Of a stretch of 64,000 nucleotides of DNA, positions 51,894 through 64,000 are shown in pieces (within the stretch, counting starts at the first letter, position 1; every line of letters begins with the position of its first letter). The stretch comes from Azolla caroliniana (lineage: Eukaryota > Plantae > Polypodiophyta). The notes beneath the pieces are model-generated. The model saw nothing but the letters and a program-made list of their open reading frames with translations, did no database searches and was not told where the DNA came from. The position numbers and the translations under genes were made by a program. The stretch spans positions 17,856,001 to 17,920,000 of the forward strand of contig JBHGNT010000009.1 of assembly GCA_043228905.1 (NCBI GenBank), read 5' to 3'.

Positions 51894-52757
51894 TGTTGGG
51901 AGACAGGTCCCTCCGGATGGGAAGGGAGAAGAACAGTGCTGACGAACAAACTCGGCCGAGGCCGATAGGGGAGTACCCGGCTACGGAGAGCCGAATGGTG
52001 CAGGCCCGGTATGAACGGGATGGGGAGTACCCGGCTACGGAGAGCCGGATGGTGCAGGCCCGGTATGAACCGGATGAGGAGTACCCGGCTACGGAGAGCC
52101 GGATGGTGCAGGCCCGGTATGAACCGGATGAAGAGTACCCGGCTACGGAGAGCCGGATGGTGCAGGCCCGGTATGAACGGGATGGGGAGTACCCGGCTAC
52201 GGAGAGCCGGATGGTGCAGGCCCGGTATGAACCGGATGAGGAGTACCTGGCTACGGAGAGCCGGATGGTGCAGGCCCGGTATCAACCGGAGGAAGAGACA
52301 TATTCGTAAATATGTTTCTGAGAGCCCATCGAGGCTATATTTGTAAATAGCCGAAAAGTCATATTAGTATAAATATGACTTAGGGCAAACTTTTAGTAAC
52401 TGTTGTAACTGTTGTCATTTTTCTTGTTGGTGCAAGAAAAAGGAGAGAGTGCGTAACTGTACAGAGAGGGAGAGAGAGAGACGAGGTCGCTGCCTCTGTT
52501 GTAACCGCCGCCTGTGGCGAAGATCGTGAGTTCGAGGTCGTTGCCTCAGTGTACTCACTGTTTTGTACATTCATACATAGTGACAGTTTGCAGCCCGTGG
52601 GCTGCCGTGGTTTTTCTCCTAGTTTAGGGTTTTCCACGTAAACCTCCTGTGTACCATTTCTCTTCTCTGTGTCGTGTTTTATTTCCCGTTTTCTGTGTAT
52701 GAAAAGAAGCTCGGTTGTGGCCGAGCGTTGCGCATAAGGAACGTTGGGTTCCCGTCA
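51894..52757 (+). mobile_element. Solo LTR of a family related to the host copia LTR
   Basis: TGTTGGGA...CCCGTCA, TSD GTTCA on both sides, strong similarity to 44315-44976. Confidence 0.93.
51971..52294 (+). repeat. 54-bp tandem repeat x6 in U3 of the solo LTR
   Basis: GAGTACCCGGCTACGGAGAGCCGGATGGTGCAGGCCCGGTATGAAC(C/G)GGATG.. at 51971, 52025, 52079, 52133, 52187, 52241. Confidence 0.95.
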
Positions 52758-54294
52758 GTTCATTGTCTCTTTGATCTTCCTTGAGATGTTTGACTTGTAG
52801 AAGCCGAGGACATTGTGTTTGGGGATGATAGAGTGTTCATTGAAGGGGCATCCACACTTGACTCCATGTTCTATGAGGAATTAGAAAACTGTATCGGACA
52901 ATGAAGTCATAATTAGTTGTATAATAAGATGATACATATAAAATCAAGGCCATAGATTACTGAAGATATTGAAGGAGATAGATCTTAACATGGAATATTT
53001 ATAAGAGAACATAGATCTTGATTGAAAATAGTACAAAATCCAATGCATATAACGAATCAAAAGACGTGGATTATGATACTCTTGAGCATTTGCGGCTTAT
53101 TCCTAAGCGCCTTCAACAAATCATAAAAAAAGGTTTAAATAATTTATCACATAGATTCAACGAATCATAAAAAAAGATGTGATAATGACATGATAGCGTT
53201 GGTTAAAAATAGTGGCTATTCATGCCAAATCACCATTGACACCTTTTATCTACCTATCCCACCAGTATGTCTTCTTGATGTACAAGAAATAGGACATGCC
53301 AATTGCTGAACGCTTGGCATGGTGAGAACATCTGACACATAGTACAGAAGTCATAAAATAACTATTTCTCACTAACAAATAATTGAAGAGGCAACTCCAA
53401 GCTAAACCAGCATTTGTAAAGAAGACCTCTATAGGTTATGTTATCATTGGACGTGCAATCATGCCAAAAACACAAGAAGTGGACCACAATGTTAAACATA
53501 AAAGTTGAAAGCAAGACCACTCTAAATTGCAGTATGTCATGTTGTCTATAAAGAAGGGAATATACAATGCTTTTTATAGGTTTTGGCAACCAATGACTGT
53601 AAGATGAATACAAGGCTTTTATATTTTAATCGATGTTGTCTTAACACACGAATCCACGATTACAATGGACCACCAAAGATTGTAGAAATACCCTTTGGAC
53701 CTTCAAAATCGTATTATGTGGCTCATCCCAATTCTCTGGCTCAAAGAAGTATTTATGTGCCTTATATGATGCATTCCACATGAACTATGTTTAGGAAAAA
53801 TACCTGATTAGTTTGAGCGCTCACAAACTAGCCTGACCACTGTAGAAGAAGAAGGAGAAGATGATGAAGGAGAGGGAGAAGAACCGCTGCAATCTGTTGA
53901 AGAAGGAGAGGGAGATGAAGAAGAAGCGAAATTAGAATTGAGACTCGTTTGTAGCTACTGTTTGAATAAGAAATAAAAGTAAAATTAAAAATAGGTATAC
54001 AAACTAGGTTTTTGAAAAGCTAGGTTAAATTTGATCACTTTTTCCTAAATTGACATAATTAACCTTCAAAAAATGTGTTGGAGAGAGAAATTTTTTAAAA
54101 GTATCTCATCAAACCGTTAAACCATTTAAACTGAAACCGTTAAGCCGATGAGGACTCAAACCGAACCGAACTGAACTTGTGTCCCCCCGAACCGAACCGA
54201 ACCGAAACCGAACCATTTGTGAAAATCCAAACCCGAACCGAACCGGTTAAACCTCGGTTCGGTTCGAACCGAACCGAACTGTTGTCGATTGTTA

Positions 54295-55036
54295 ACTGCA
54301 GATTATCCGGTAAGCAAAGCCCGCAGACGAAAGCAGAGAAGGCTGATATGATGAAGGTTCCATATGCCTCTACCGTCGGGAGCTTGATGTACGCAATGGT
54401 GTGTACCCGACCGGATATAGGATATGCAGTCGGAGTGGTGAGCCGGTTTTTGAGCAATCTCGGCAAGGAGCACTGGAACGTGGTCAAATGGATACTCCGG
54501 TACTTGAAGGGCACTTCAAATATGTGTCTCCGATTCGGCTCTGGAAAACCTCAACTTGACGGTTTTACCGATTCGGACATGCCGGCTGATGTGGATACTA
54601 GTCAGTCTACATCCGGGTATGTAATGACATATGCAGGGGGAGCTGTTTCGTGGCAGTCGAGGCTGCAAAAGACGGTTGTGTTGTCAATCACAGAGGCGGA
54701 GCGGAGTACATGACGGCTGTGGAAGTCGACAAGGAAATATTATGGATGAAGGACTTCATCGGAGAGCTCGGTATCCGGCAAGATGAATACCGGCTCTATT
54801 GCGATAGTCAAAGTGCCATCCACCTTGCTAAGAATGCGGCCTACCATTCCCGGACGAAGCATATCCAGCGAAGGTATCACTGGATCCGGGAAAGAGTAGA
54901 TGACCAGGAGTTCGCGCTAACGAAGATCCACACGGCCGAGAACGGGTCAGATATGCTGACCCAAGTACTGATACCTGACAAGCTGGATGCATGCCAGAAG
55001 CGGATCGGACTCGTAAGACATCCCATGCCGGAGTGA
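54295..55036 (+). pseudogene. copia RT C-terminus and RNase H (continuation after the hAT)
   Basis: PYASTVGSLMYAMVCTRPDI, GFTDSD, YCDSQSAIHL, TKHIQRRYH, SDMLT. Confidence 0.95.
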
Positions 55037-57806
55037 AGGGGGAGTTTGTTAGGAAACAAGTCCCTTCGGATGGGAAGTGAGAAGAACAGTACTGATGAGC
55101 AAACTCGGTTGAGGCCGATAGGCCTCGGCCGAAACCGGATGTGGAGTACCCGGCAACGGAAGACCCGATGAGAACCAGATGACGAGTCCCCGGCAAGAGC
55201 CGGATGGTGAAGGCCCGATGAGAACCGGATGACGGGACATATTCATAAATATGTTTCCTGAGAGTCCATCGGGGCTATATTTGTAAATAGCCGGAAAGTC
55301 ATATTAGTATAAATATGACTTAGGGCAAACTCTTTTAGGGAGTTGTTGTCATTCTTGTTGGCGCAAGATTAGAGCGCAATAGTGTACACAGAGAGAGAGA
55401 GAGAGAGAAAGAGGCGAAGAGTTCGTATCTTTGTTGTAACCGCCGCCTGTGACGAAGACAGTGAACAAGAGGTCGTTGCCTCTGTGTTCATCTATTGTAT
55501 ATTGTTACATAGTGATAGTTAGCAGTCAGTGGACTGCCGTGGTTTTTTCCCGTGTTTGGGTTTTCCACGTAAACATCCTGTGTACTCTTCTCTCCATTGT
55601 GTCGTGTATTCATTCCCCGTTTTCTGTGTTTGATTCTAAGCTCGGTTGTGGCCGAGCGTTGTTCATCCGGAGCGTGTAATTCCTGTCAGTTCCTTACCTT
55701 TTCCTTGTGCCTTTGTGTTTCTAGTAGTATAGAATGGTTGCATTCATTGGTCATTGACATCTACTATGAGCCTAGTTTGTTGGAGCCAATTGGACATATA
55801 ATATGTATGTTATAGCCCACCACAATATCTAATTCATCTTCAAATATAATCTTCTTCTGTAAAATCACATAATTATAAGGGAGGTCTCCTCAGTTGCGAT
55901 TTCGAAGGCGAGCCTTCCGTTTATAGACCTTAAGTGGCTTGCCATTTGGTTTGGGCATAATTTTCCTTACAAGCAACCACTATGGATATGAATACGTAGG
56001 AGGTAAAGCATGGGTGGTTTTTAAGGTTAGGCGAATCCCCCAATCTAATAGTCTCCTTGATCCAATCGTTGTATGCCTATCGTGACAACAATTTGTCGTT
56101 GAGACTTGAGTTTTTAGGTCATGCTCATTTAGCCTTGATGAAAACAATTTAAAACGTTATAAAGATTATTCAAATGTAAAAAACGTGCAATATTCCTTAA
56201 GAGTCAATCATGACAACCAACACGACCAAACAAAGAAGAAGGGGGTGTTTAGTAATGGGGCAGTAGCTACAAACAACTTTTCTACACCATATTTTTTGAA
56301 ACAAAACAAAATGATGAAATGGATTCACCCATAATGCATAACTCAACCAAAACTTGTACCACACTCCTAGGAATATAGTAGAACCAAACATAACATAAAT
56401 CAAATAGTTAATTTTAGAGCCACAAATATTGCCTCTCATTAATTCAAAAGCCCCAAACGTCAAGAGAAAAGCATTTTTAAGTGGATACTTTACACAAGGC
56501 TATCACCCAAAAATATTATATTTTAAAATTGACTCACAAACAAAACCCTTAATCCAAGCTGAATAAAAGGAAAGTATATATGTATTATATATGAGGGAAG
56601 TTTTGGGCCATGTTGATGGAAGTGGAGTCTAGACATGCCCATGTAATGATTTAGAGCACTAGATAGGTCTAGACAACAAAAGTAGATAGATAATTTTTAT
56701 TTGTTGTATGTGTAGACAGATTTAACTTCCACGGGAGACTGACTGCGATCTATGGGCCTATCCCATGGTGAGGATCAAACTTGGGTTCTCTCAATTTATA
56801 CTAGAGGGGGACAATTGTCTTTGCCCTTTGTGCAAAAGATGTAGTTGATAAACTAAGTTAGCTTACCCCAAGAACATTGGATCTTGTCAAGTACTTCTAC
56901 TTCATAGGTGACACATTTTTGTGATTATGAATCAATATAATCAAGAGAAATTAGAGGAAAATTAGAGAATGAAGAGCGTGATAATTTAAAAGAAGACGCC
57001 AAATAATAATTTGGGTACCAATAAGGAGTTTATGGGGGCAAATTAAGGGGTCTATACTTCTTAGTTTTTTGCTTGACCTATATTATTGTCGTCTGTTGAT
57101 TGTAGCTTTCTAGTTACACACTTGTTTGCATGTGGAACTAACTTGGATGGTTTGAGAATAAACATCTAGTTCCTAGCGATGGTACCAAAAGATGTGTTAG
57201 CATTAAGGTGTTGTTGCCTGAAGTGCATTTTTTCGTGGGTAGGATTATGTGACATATGAGGTTGTGTTGGGGGGATTGAGTTGAGCAAGAACATGTACAT
57301 ATATGTGTCTATTGTTTCTTAAGCATGCTAATGAAGTGCTAAAGACTTTGGCAAACTTTGGACCAACCTTTCAAACTCTAACAACACTTAATTAAGAAGA
57401 TAAGAATCAACTTCCTAAACTTAGTATAACCACTTTAATTAGTTAAAAAGATGATTAGATTAAAGGGAAGGAACCACAATATGTACTTTTATAAATAACT
57501 ACATACAAAGTTGAGCCTTACATAATTAAGATGGGAAAAACAAGTATGTACTCAATCAATCAATTTTCACATTAAAATCATATGTCCTGTTCGATCCCAT
57601 GTTTTCCCTTTCTCTGCGCAATGTTTCCCTTTAATTCGCTTATCATACTGTACATGCTTCAATCAATGCCTCATTCGATCAATGGAAAGGAATTGATCAG
57701 GCAGTGGCTGCGTAGAATTAATTATTCGGCCCTATTCATCCTCTCTCTAGTTAGGGTTGCACTGACATGGCATTCAAAACATTCGTTTAAACGCCCTTAT
57801 TCATAC

Positions 57807-57827
57807 CCCTAAACCCTAAACCCTAAA
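57807..57827 (+). repeat. Interstitial (CCCTAAA)3 / telo-box cluster
   Basis: CCCTAAACCCTAAACCCTAAA followed by a CTT-rich leader-like tract. Confidence 0.7.
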
Positions 57828-59824
57828 CTGCTTCTGTTCTTCTTCTTCTTCTTCTTCCTGCAATCAAACGGAACCTACCTTCCTCCTGGTATAACCTAAT
57901 TTGCGATATCTTTCTCCCCATCTTCCTGTTCCTCTGACCTCTTATGATTTAGTTTTTCGTGGCAGTAATTTGTCTGGCTTCATGACTGTTTCTTTTGATG
58001 CGTGATTTTCTGATATAGGCGTACGCCTGCTTTCATGTCCCTTTTTTTTATCGTTTTTGGAAAGATCATCCTAAATCTGTACCTCTCTCATAAGGGCAAA
58101 AAATCACGGTTACTTTCTCTTACAATGGATTATGGGATGTTGTCAAGTTCAGCTCTATCGTTTCTGTGTGCCATGGGTAGGCATCACTTTGACTCCTTAC
58201 AACAATATTTGCTTATTATGCCCATTGATTTCTTGATTTATTGGTCGAGTTTGGATTAAATTAGTTTCTTTCTCCAGCTATTATAGGTTGAAACCAATGG
58301 TATCAAAAAATACCATTGGTTTCAAGATCATTATTTAGCCAAATCGGCAGCAATAAAAGTATCCATTCCTGTTTCTCCACTCCTGTGACTAGTCATCACA
58401 GTTCCCCAACCAGCCTGCTTCAACATCTTTTACCGCCTTTATGCTCTCAGATACTGAGCCTATTTTGGTTCACCTACACATATGGTTTACATTTCAGTTA
58501 TAAATTCTTGCATATCTAGCAAAACTTTGCCAAACATTGAGCCAAATTTCTTTGCAAATCCAACTATATATATATAATGTTCAAGAAAACTATCAATTCC
58601 TTGAGCCACGATTACCTTCAAAAGAAGTGCATTGCATCATGATTCATTGATTGCCTTAAGTACTCTCTGCCCACAAAACACACACACACACAGAATATAA
58701 GTAAACATTGAAAGAAGTAATATAAGAAGGGGAAATGTGAAAAATGGAACTTGTTACAACACGGATAGAAGGTTTATGAAGTGTCATTTAGACCATTTCC
58801 GTGGTTCTGATGGAAAATCAGGAGATAACACTCTCATATCTGAATTATGATGGCCTTTCCCAGCTCTTCAAGCACTGGGCATAGAGTTTCTTCGAAAGAA
58901 TTAGGTTTTGACATTGGAGAAGAATATGGTACAAAAGAAAAAGACGCAGATGATGATGATGATGATGGTAGTGGTGGCGACGAGGAAGAAAACACAGCCG
59001 CCATGCCATGGGGGAGGTAAGGTTTGTTTGTTTCTGGTGACTACTTTCAAGACGCAAATAATAGGAGAGAATGGAATGGAGATTTCTGAGGGAGAAACTG
59101 TAAAATGGTTTTCAGTGAAGAAGAGCAGAGACTACATAGATGAAAAAGAAGAAGAAGAAGAGAGAAGTGATATATAAGAGTTATTCTGAGAGAGAAACCA
59201 AACCCTGGAAGGAAGGAGAAGCCCTAGAGGAGGTTTTGCTTTAATTCTTTGTAGCAGGAGAAGGAAGGCGCAATGGAGTGGGTCTCAAAGGTTTCAGCTC
59301 AGAGAAGGGGATGGTGTTGGGTGTCTCAGAAACCCTAACTAATTATATAGGAACCCTAATTAATTAGGTTTATTAAAAACTGTAAATTATATATGTATAG
59401 GACGCGCCTGCCTGAAGCAAATGCCCAACCTTCTCTTCTGCTCTTCTGCTCTGCTCTATTTGTGTTCTGTATATTGTTCTCTGTCTCTCTGCTCAAATGA
59501 GAAAAGAAAGGAAAACACACAGAAAGAAAGGTTTCCATTTCCATCAATAAATTATGGGCAGCCATCCCATCCCATCCCATCGCATTTCATTTGTCCCACA
59601 TACAACGGCATACACGTAGAATGGGGAGGGGGGCAGGCATGAAGAAGAAGGAGAAGCCCACAATATAATGTCACGATACATGTAGAAATGGGCAGCCATA
59701 TGCCCATCCCATATGTCCCACATACGAATGGCATCTATCCCATATGTCCCACATACAATGGCATATGGCCACGAACCCTATAAATAGGGACTAGGGGGCC
59801 ACTTGTGCTACACATACAGAAATC

Positions 59825-60001
59825 ATGGCTAAGAACAAAGTGCTCTTAGCTATGAAAAAGGCCATGGCTTGCATTGAGCAAGATGTGGCTTCTTGCCTCT
59901 TACTCCTCTACTTCCTCTCTGCCTTCAGAAAACTGGAGCAAGAAAGAAGGGAGAAAGAAAGGAGGAGTAAGAATAAGGCCAAAATATGGCCTCTCCCATA
60001 A
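59825..60001 (+). CDS. Small ORF copy C (58 aa)
   Basis: Same frame as copy A with a net +6-nt in-frame insertion; USE-like 59746, TATA 59779. Confidence 0.25.
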   Translation: MAKNKVLLAMKKAMACIEQDVASCLLLLYFLSAFRKLEQERREKERRSKNKAKIWPLP

Positions 60002-60408
60002 ATTGGGAGTGGCCATAACTGTTATAACGCCCATCAGGTGTCCAGGGGACACCACCCCCCCCAAAACCCAAAAAACCCCAAGGAGTAAGAATAAGGCCAA
60101 AATATGGCCTCTCCCATAAATCGGGGGTGGCCATAACTGGTATACTGTAGTAGTTATTACCATATATTTGCTACATGCGAGGACAAGAAGGGTAATTAAG
60201 AATATATAAGAAGGAAGGATTAGTTTTACATCCTCGGGATTGAGACAACCCTTAAGAGCCAAGTGTGAAATTGCGTCTCATTAGGTGATCAGAAAACTAC
60301 ATTGAGATTGTGATTCCTTTTTAGCCTTTCAACATGTCGTGTATTGGTAAACTCTTTATGACCTTTTGATTGTTTGCAAGTGACAAACAATCAAGAGAGA
60401 CGGTACAA

Positions 60409-60664
60409 GAGAAACTGTCCTATGGCATAAAATGTACAAGAGAAACTGTCACAATCAATAACTTAAAATCGAGAGAAACTGTCCTATGGCATAAAATGTA
60501 CAAGAGAAACTGTCACAATCAATAACTTAAAATCGAGAGAAACTGTCCTATGGCATAAAATGTACAAGAGAAACTGTCACAATCAATAACTTAAAATCGA
60601 GAGAAACTGTCCTATGGCATAAAATGTACAAGAGAAACTGTCACAATCAATAACTTAAAATCGA
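60409..60664 (+). repeat. 64-bp tandem repeat x4
   Basis: GAGAAACTGTCCTATGGCATAAAATGTACAAGAGAAACTGTCACAATCAATAACTTAAAATCGA at 60409, 60473, 60537, 60601; single copy in the paralogous block at ~40390. Confidence 0.95.
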
Positions 60665-62105
60665 TATCATAAAGAGGGTCCAAATTTTACAAAGTTTACT
60701 ATGATACTGTTCGAGTGTAGTTTGATATCATAAAATTTGAGAAAGTTATCAACATTACTATTATTATTATTATTTCATTGAGAGAACAAATCATGGGTAG
60801 CCATCCCATCCCATCCCATTTCATTTCAATTGTCCCACATACAAAGGCATATGTCTATGAGCCCTACGCATGAGAATCCGAAAAGATTTAATAGGTTTAT
60901 TAAGAGGTAAAAGAAAGGAAAATGCAAAAAAGGTTTTGCTTGATAGTTTGCTTCAATTCTTTAGGGTAGGACCTAATCCGTGGATATGTCAATTTCTCTG
61001 GGTGGTCTGAGCAAAGTGAGTGCCCCAAACATGAGAAAAGACTGATCGTTACGCTTGGATGAGGATTGGAATAATATGGTGACTTTGATTTTTAAAAAAA
61101 CCATGTATGTTTGCAAATCATATTAAAAAGCCATGAATGGATAGGATACAGCGGATTAATTACTGGTTTCAGAGTAGATTTAAGTATGAGGATGAAGGAA
61201 GCATTCAAACACAATCAAGTGATGGATGGCTGGTTCAAGAATTGGAAGATCTACTGAATATGGAGGAGAATTTAACAAAGTTGGATTCTTTGGTAGTTAC
61301 ATATAGTACATAATTGCATAATGAGAAATGCATTATCATGCGAAATGCTTATTGAATGAATTGAGGATGCTCATGGGCGACCTTCTTCTTCTTCTTCTTC
61401 TTCTTCTTCTTGTCTTCCTGGCCTTTCGACTTGTCTGCCATAGCTACCACTACCTCCTCCATCTGGACCTCCATCTTCTAGTTGGTTGTTCTGTCCGCCT
61501 CCCTGTCTTTCCTAGGTCCTATGACAAGAAAAGAAAGACCAGAAAATTATGTGAGCCTTTTGGAATCATGGATGGATGGATGGTGTTGGGTGTCTCAGAA
61601 ACCCTAATTAATTATATAGGAACCCTAATTAATTAGGTTTATTAAAAACTGTAAATTATATATGTATAGGACGCGCCTGCCAGAAGCAAATGCCCAACCT
61701 TCTCTTCTGCTCTGCTCTGCTCTCCTCTGTTTGTGTTCTGTCTCTCTGGCAGCCCAAGTGAGAAAAGAAAGGAAAACACACAGAAAGAAAGGTTTCCATT
61801 TCCATCAATAAATTATGGGCAGCCATCCCATCCCATCGCATTTCATTTGTCCCACATACAACGGCAGAATGGGGGGGGGGGCAGGCATGAAGAAGAAGGA
61901 GAAACCCACAATCATATATGTATGTATGTATATGTAATGGACACACAAACTTTGGGCCTAAATGTCACGATACATGTGGAAATGGGCAGCCATATGTCCC
62001 ACATACAAATGGCATCTATCCCATATGTCCCACATACAATGGCATATGGCCACGGACCCTATAAATAGGGACTAGGGGGCCACTTGTGCTACACATAAAA
62101 AAATC

Positions 62106-62276
62106 ATGGCTAAGAACAAAGTGCTCTTAGCTATGAAAAAGGCCATGGCTTGCATTGAGCAAGATGTGGCTTATTGCCTCTTACTCCTCTCTGTCCTCTC
62201 CGCCTTCAGAAAAGTGGAGCAAGAAAGAAGGGAAGAAAGGAGTAAGAATAAGGCCAAAATATGGCCTCTCCCATAA
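62106..62276 (+). CDS. Small ORF copy D (56 aa)
   Basis: Protein identical to copy A, differing only by synonymous changes; USE-like 62027, TATA 62060. Confidence 0.25.
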   Translation: MAKNKVLLAMKKAMACIEQDVAYCLLLLSVLSAFRKVEQERREERSKNKAKIWPLP

Positions 62277-62799
62277 ATTGGGAGTGGCCATAACTGGTAT
62301 AACGCCCATAAGGTGTCCAGGGGACACCACCCCCCTCCCCAAAACCCAAAACCCAAGGAGGAGTAAAAATATGGCCCCTGCCATAAATCGAGAGTGGCCG
62401 TAACTAGTATAACGCCCATCGGATGTTCATTGGACACCCCCCTCCCCCCCAATACACTCACCCAAATACTCTATCCATCCAAAAAAACCTCTAAAACATA
62501 TGTGGAACTCACATGATTCCTCAAATCAATCCATTTTCCTTGTCATGCATTCCCAATATATCGGGTTGTTTCAACCAAGCCTAACCCACCATGTCATTTA
62601 TGTTGAATTGCTCCACAAATCCAAACATACTTACATGAAATTTATTTCACTATGACCCTATTCATCATAATTTGACCTAAAAACATGAAGGTAAACACTA
62701 CTATTATTAGAACGGTCGTAACGAGGCGACAATCCTCCCTGAAGAATATACCTTCCAAATCCACAATCTCTTTGATTCCCCTCATTCAAATTCTTGGCA

Positions 62800-62965
62800 C
62801 AATCCTTCGTCTCACAAAGAAGGGTGGAACAAGGGCCCCAAAAACTTCCCCCAACCATGACAAACAAAAGTTATTGGGCTTGGATGGAATACGACAAATT
62901 TTAGCTCAAGTGGTGTTAACTTGGGGACATTGATTGTGAGCACACCATTCTCCATGGTTGTGAGT
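62800..62965 (-). pseudogene. Divergent alpha-crystallin-like gene fragment (third copy)
   Basis: MENGVLTINVP.., paralog of 28846-29030. Confidence 0.5.
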
Positions 62966-63738
62966 CGTGACCCGCAAACACACTTAATAATATGTGATTA
63001 AAACTAGACACGGGGACTCCACTATATATAAGAAGGTTGTATCATGTGCCTTTATGACATCATTTATAAACCCCTTATACGTATGTTTTTTCTTCTATTC
63101 TAGTGACCCTTTTGTAGAAAAAAGATTAATAAAAATACCCCTTATTAATAATATATTTTTTGATAACCACCCATTTTAAATATCCTTACATATAAAATAT
63201 ACGTGCAACACATAGTTTCGAATCCTAGAAGGGATCAACGACCATCTTTACAATTGATGACTCGCAAAATTATGAATGAACATTAAACATCATATGCAAA
63301 TTCCTAACAATTTTGCATTGATGAATCTCGAATACGCTATCTTCTATAAATTCTACTCTAACCAAATGAAAAATATTACGCTTCCAACGTCTTAGTGGTG
63401 GCCTTCGTGTAGATCGTTTCTAAATTTTAAATGTCATCCTTGTTGATGACGACATTGAAATACACATCATACAACGACTAGGCATCATCACATTTTGGCC
63501 TCTACTCACTTGTATTCAAACTAGGCCAGACAAGAGCACGATGAGCGTAAGAAAGAAAGGCATTGTTCATATGTTCCCTCGAGCGAATGCGCATTAGCGA
63601 GATCGTCGTGATCGATGATTACTTCAAATACACGATGTTATCCCTTCCCCAATCCACGCATGTATTGATTGCGCAACATTACCGAGTACTCTGTCATCGT
63701 TGTATTCTGATTCTCAAGAAGAGGAACCTAATCCTAAT

Positions 63739-63811
63739 CAATCCTACTAGGGATCGAACCTAGAATCTCTTGTTTCGTAAACCAACGCCTTGTTCATTGG
63801 GCCATAGGATC
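63739..63811 (-). tRNA. tRNA-Arg(ACG), probably a pseudogene
   Basis: 73-nt cloverleaf GATCCTA...TAGGATTG, anticodon loop TTACGAA, T-arm CTAGG TTCGATC CCTAG; D-loop GG mutated, anticodon stem mismatch, no oligo-T terminator. Confidence 0.8.
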
Positions 63812-64000
63812 TTCGATTTTCCATTGGTTGTACTTCCATTGAGGATCGTGATTGACATGCGATACTCTTTTGATGACGAATTTGTTCCAAATAAACCATT
63901 CCATTTCTTTTACCTATTAAAAAGCATCATCCTCCTAAATGAATGCATCCAGCCAAAACAATGGATACATGATCTCATTTTCTAGACGGTTGAGACGGAT

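Larger units (their letters stand above)
49744..52867 (-). pseudogene. hAT transposase (spliced; BED finger interrupted by a solo LTR)
   Basis: CSHC..TLTKHLLEKH BED finger, ITFDGWS, VTSDGAS, CMVH, TRWNST, FLDPR, YLAIPTSSVPSE; introns near 50417-50517 and 50047-50135. Confidence 0.92.
48306..54294 (-). mobile_element. hAT-superfamily DNA transposon
   Basis: TIRs TAACAATCGGCAAC / GTTGTCGATTGTTA, 8-bp TSD ACTGCAGA, AACCG subterminal repeats, transposase on the minus strand. Confidence 0.95.
44315..55688 (+). mobile_element. Tnt1/Tork-like Ty1/copia LTR retrotransposon interrupted by a hAT element
   Basis: LTRs 44315-44976 and 55047-55688; PBS TGGTATCAGAGC 44980; PPT GAAGGGGGAG; TSD GTTCT/GTTCC. 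Confidence 0.96.

Noticed and set aside
51884-52346. Repeat-protein ORFs (EYPATESRMVQARY...) or a CRISPR-like array
   Set aside because: A 54-bp tandem repeat inside an LTR; no unique spacers, and the frames are open only because the unit lacks stops
53255-53940. Additional captured exons at the hAT 5' side
   Set aside because: Splice-like signals exist but no identifiable protein; more simply the transposase 5' leader
44035-55759. An older solo LTR (TGTTGATG...CATTGACA) hosting the copia insertion
   Set aside because: Termini are only loosely inverted and the flanks GACAA/TCTAC give no TSD
56755-56795. tRNA/SINE B-box relic on the minus strand
   Set aside because: Weak match, with no A box or cloverleaf
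58795-58850. C/D box snoRNA behind telo-boxes
   Set aside because: C box is imperfect (TGATGG), with no terminal stem or rRNA guide recognised
60409-60664. CRISPR-like array
   Set aside because: Intervening sequences are identical; eukaryotic context with no cas genes

Overview
Repeat-rich land-plant nuclear DNA. The TE families and the intron-containing sHSP gene look non-angiosperm (fern/lycophyte-like), but this is inference only. The only intact host gene is a cytosolic class-I-type small heat-shock protein gene (30567-31169) with an in-phase HSE array and, unusually, one intron. The rest is mostly nested mobile elements. (i) A Ty3/gypsy element sits inside the 5' LTR of a related gypsy element; both use a tRNA-Trp PBS and share a G_GAU_UUU_UAG -1 frameshift site followed by a conserved putative pseudoknot, and a foldback MITE lies in the 3' LTR. 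(ii) A Ty1/copia element carries a near full-length L1-type LINE at its pol stop codon. (iii) There are degenerate copia fragments, followed by a ParB-like pseudogene with upstream palindromes. (iv) A Tnt1-like copia element contains a hAT transposon, which carries captured MAPK and VTI1 exons and a solo LTR. Between these lies a locally amplified multi-part unit. One part has four copies of a USE-like box (GTCCCACATAC), a TATA box 22 nt later, a chain of hairpins and a 43-58 aa ORF; another part carries fragments of a divergent alpha-crystallin-like gene. A tRNA-Arg(ACG) pseudogene lies near the right end.
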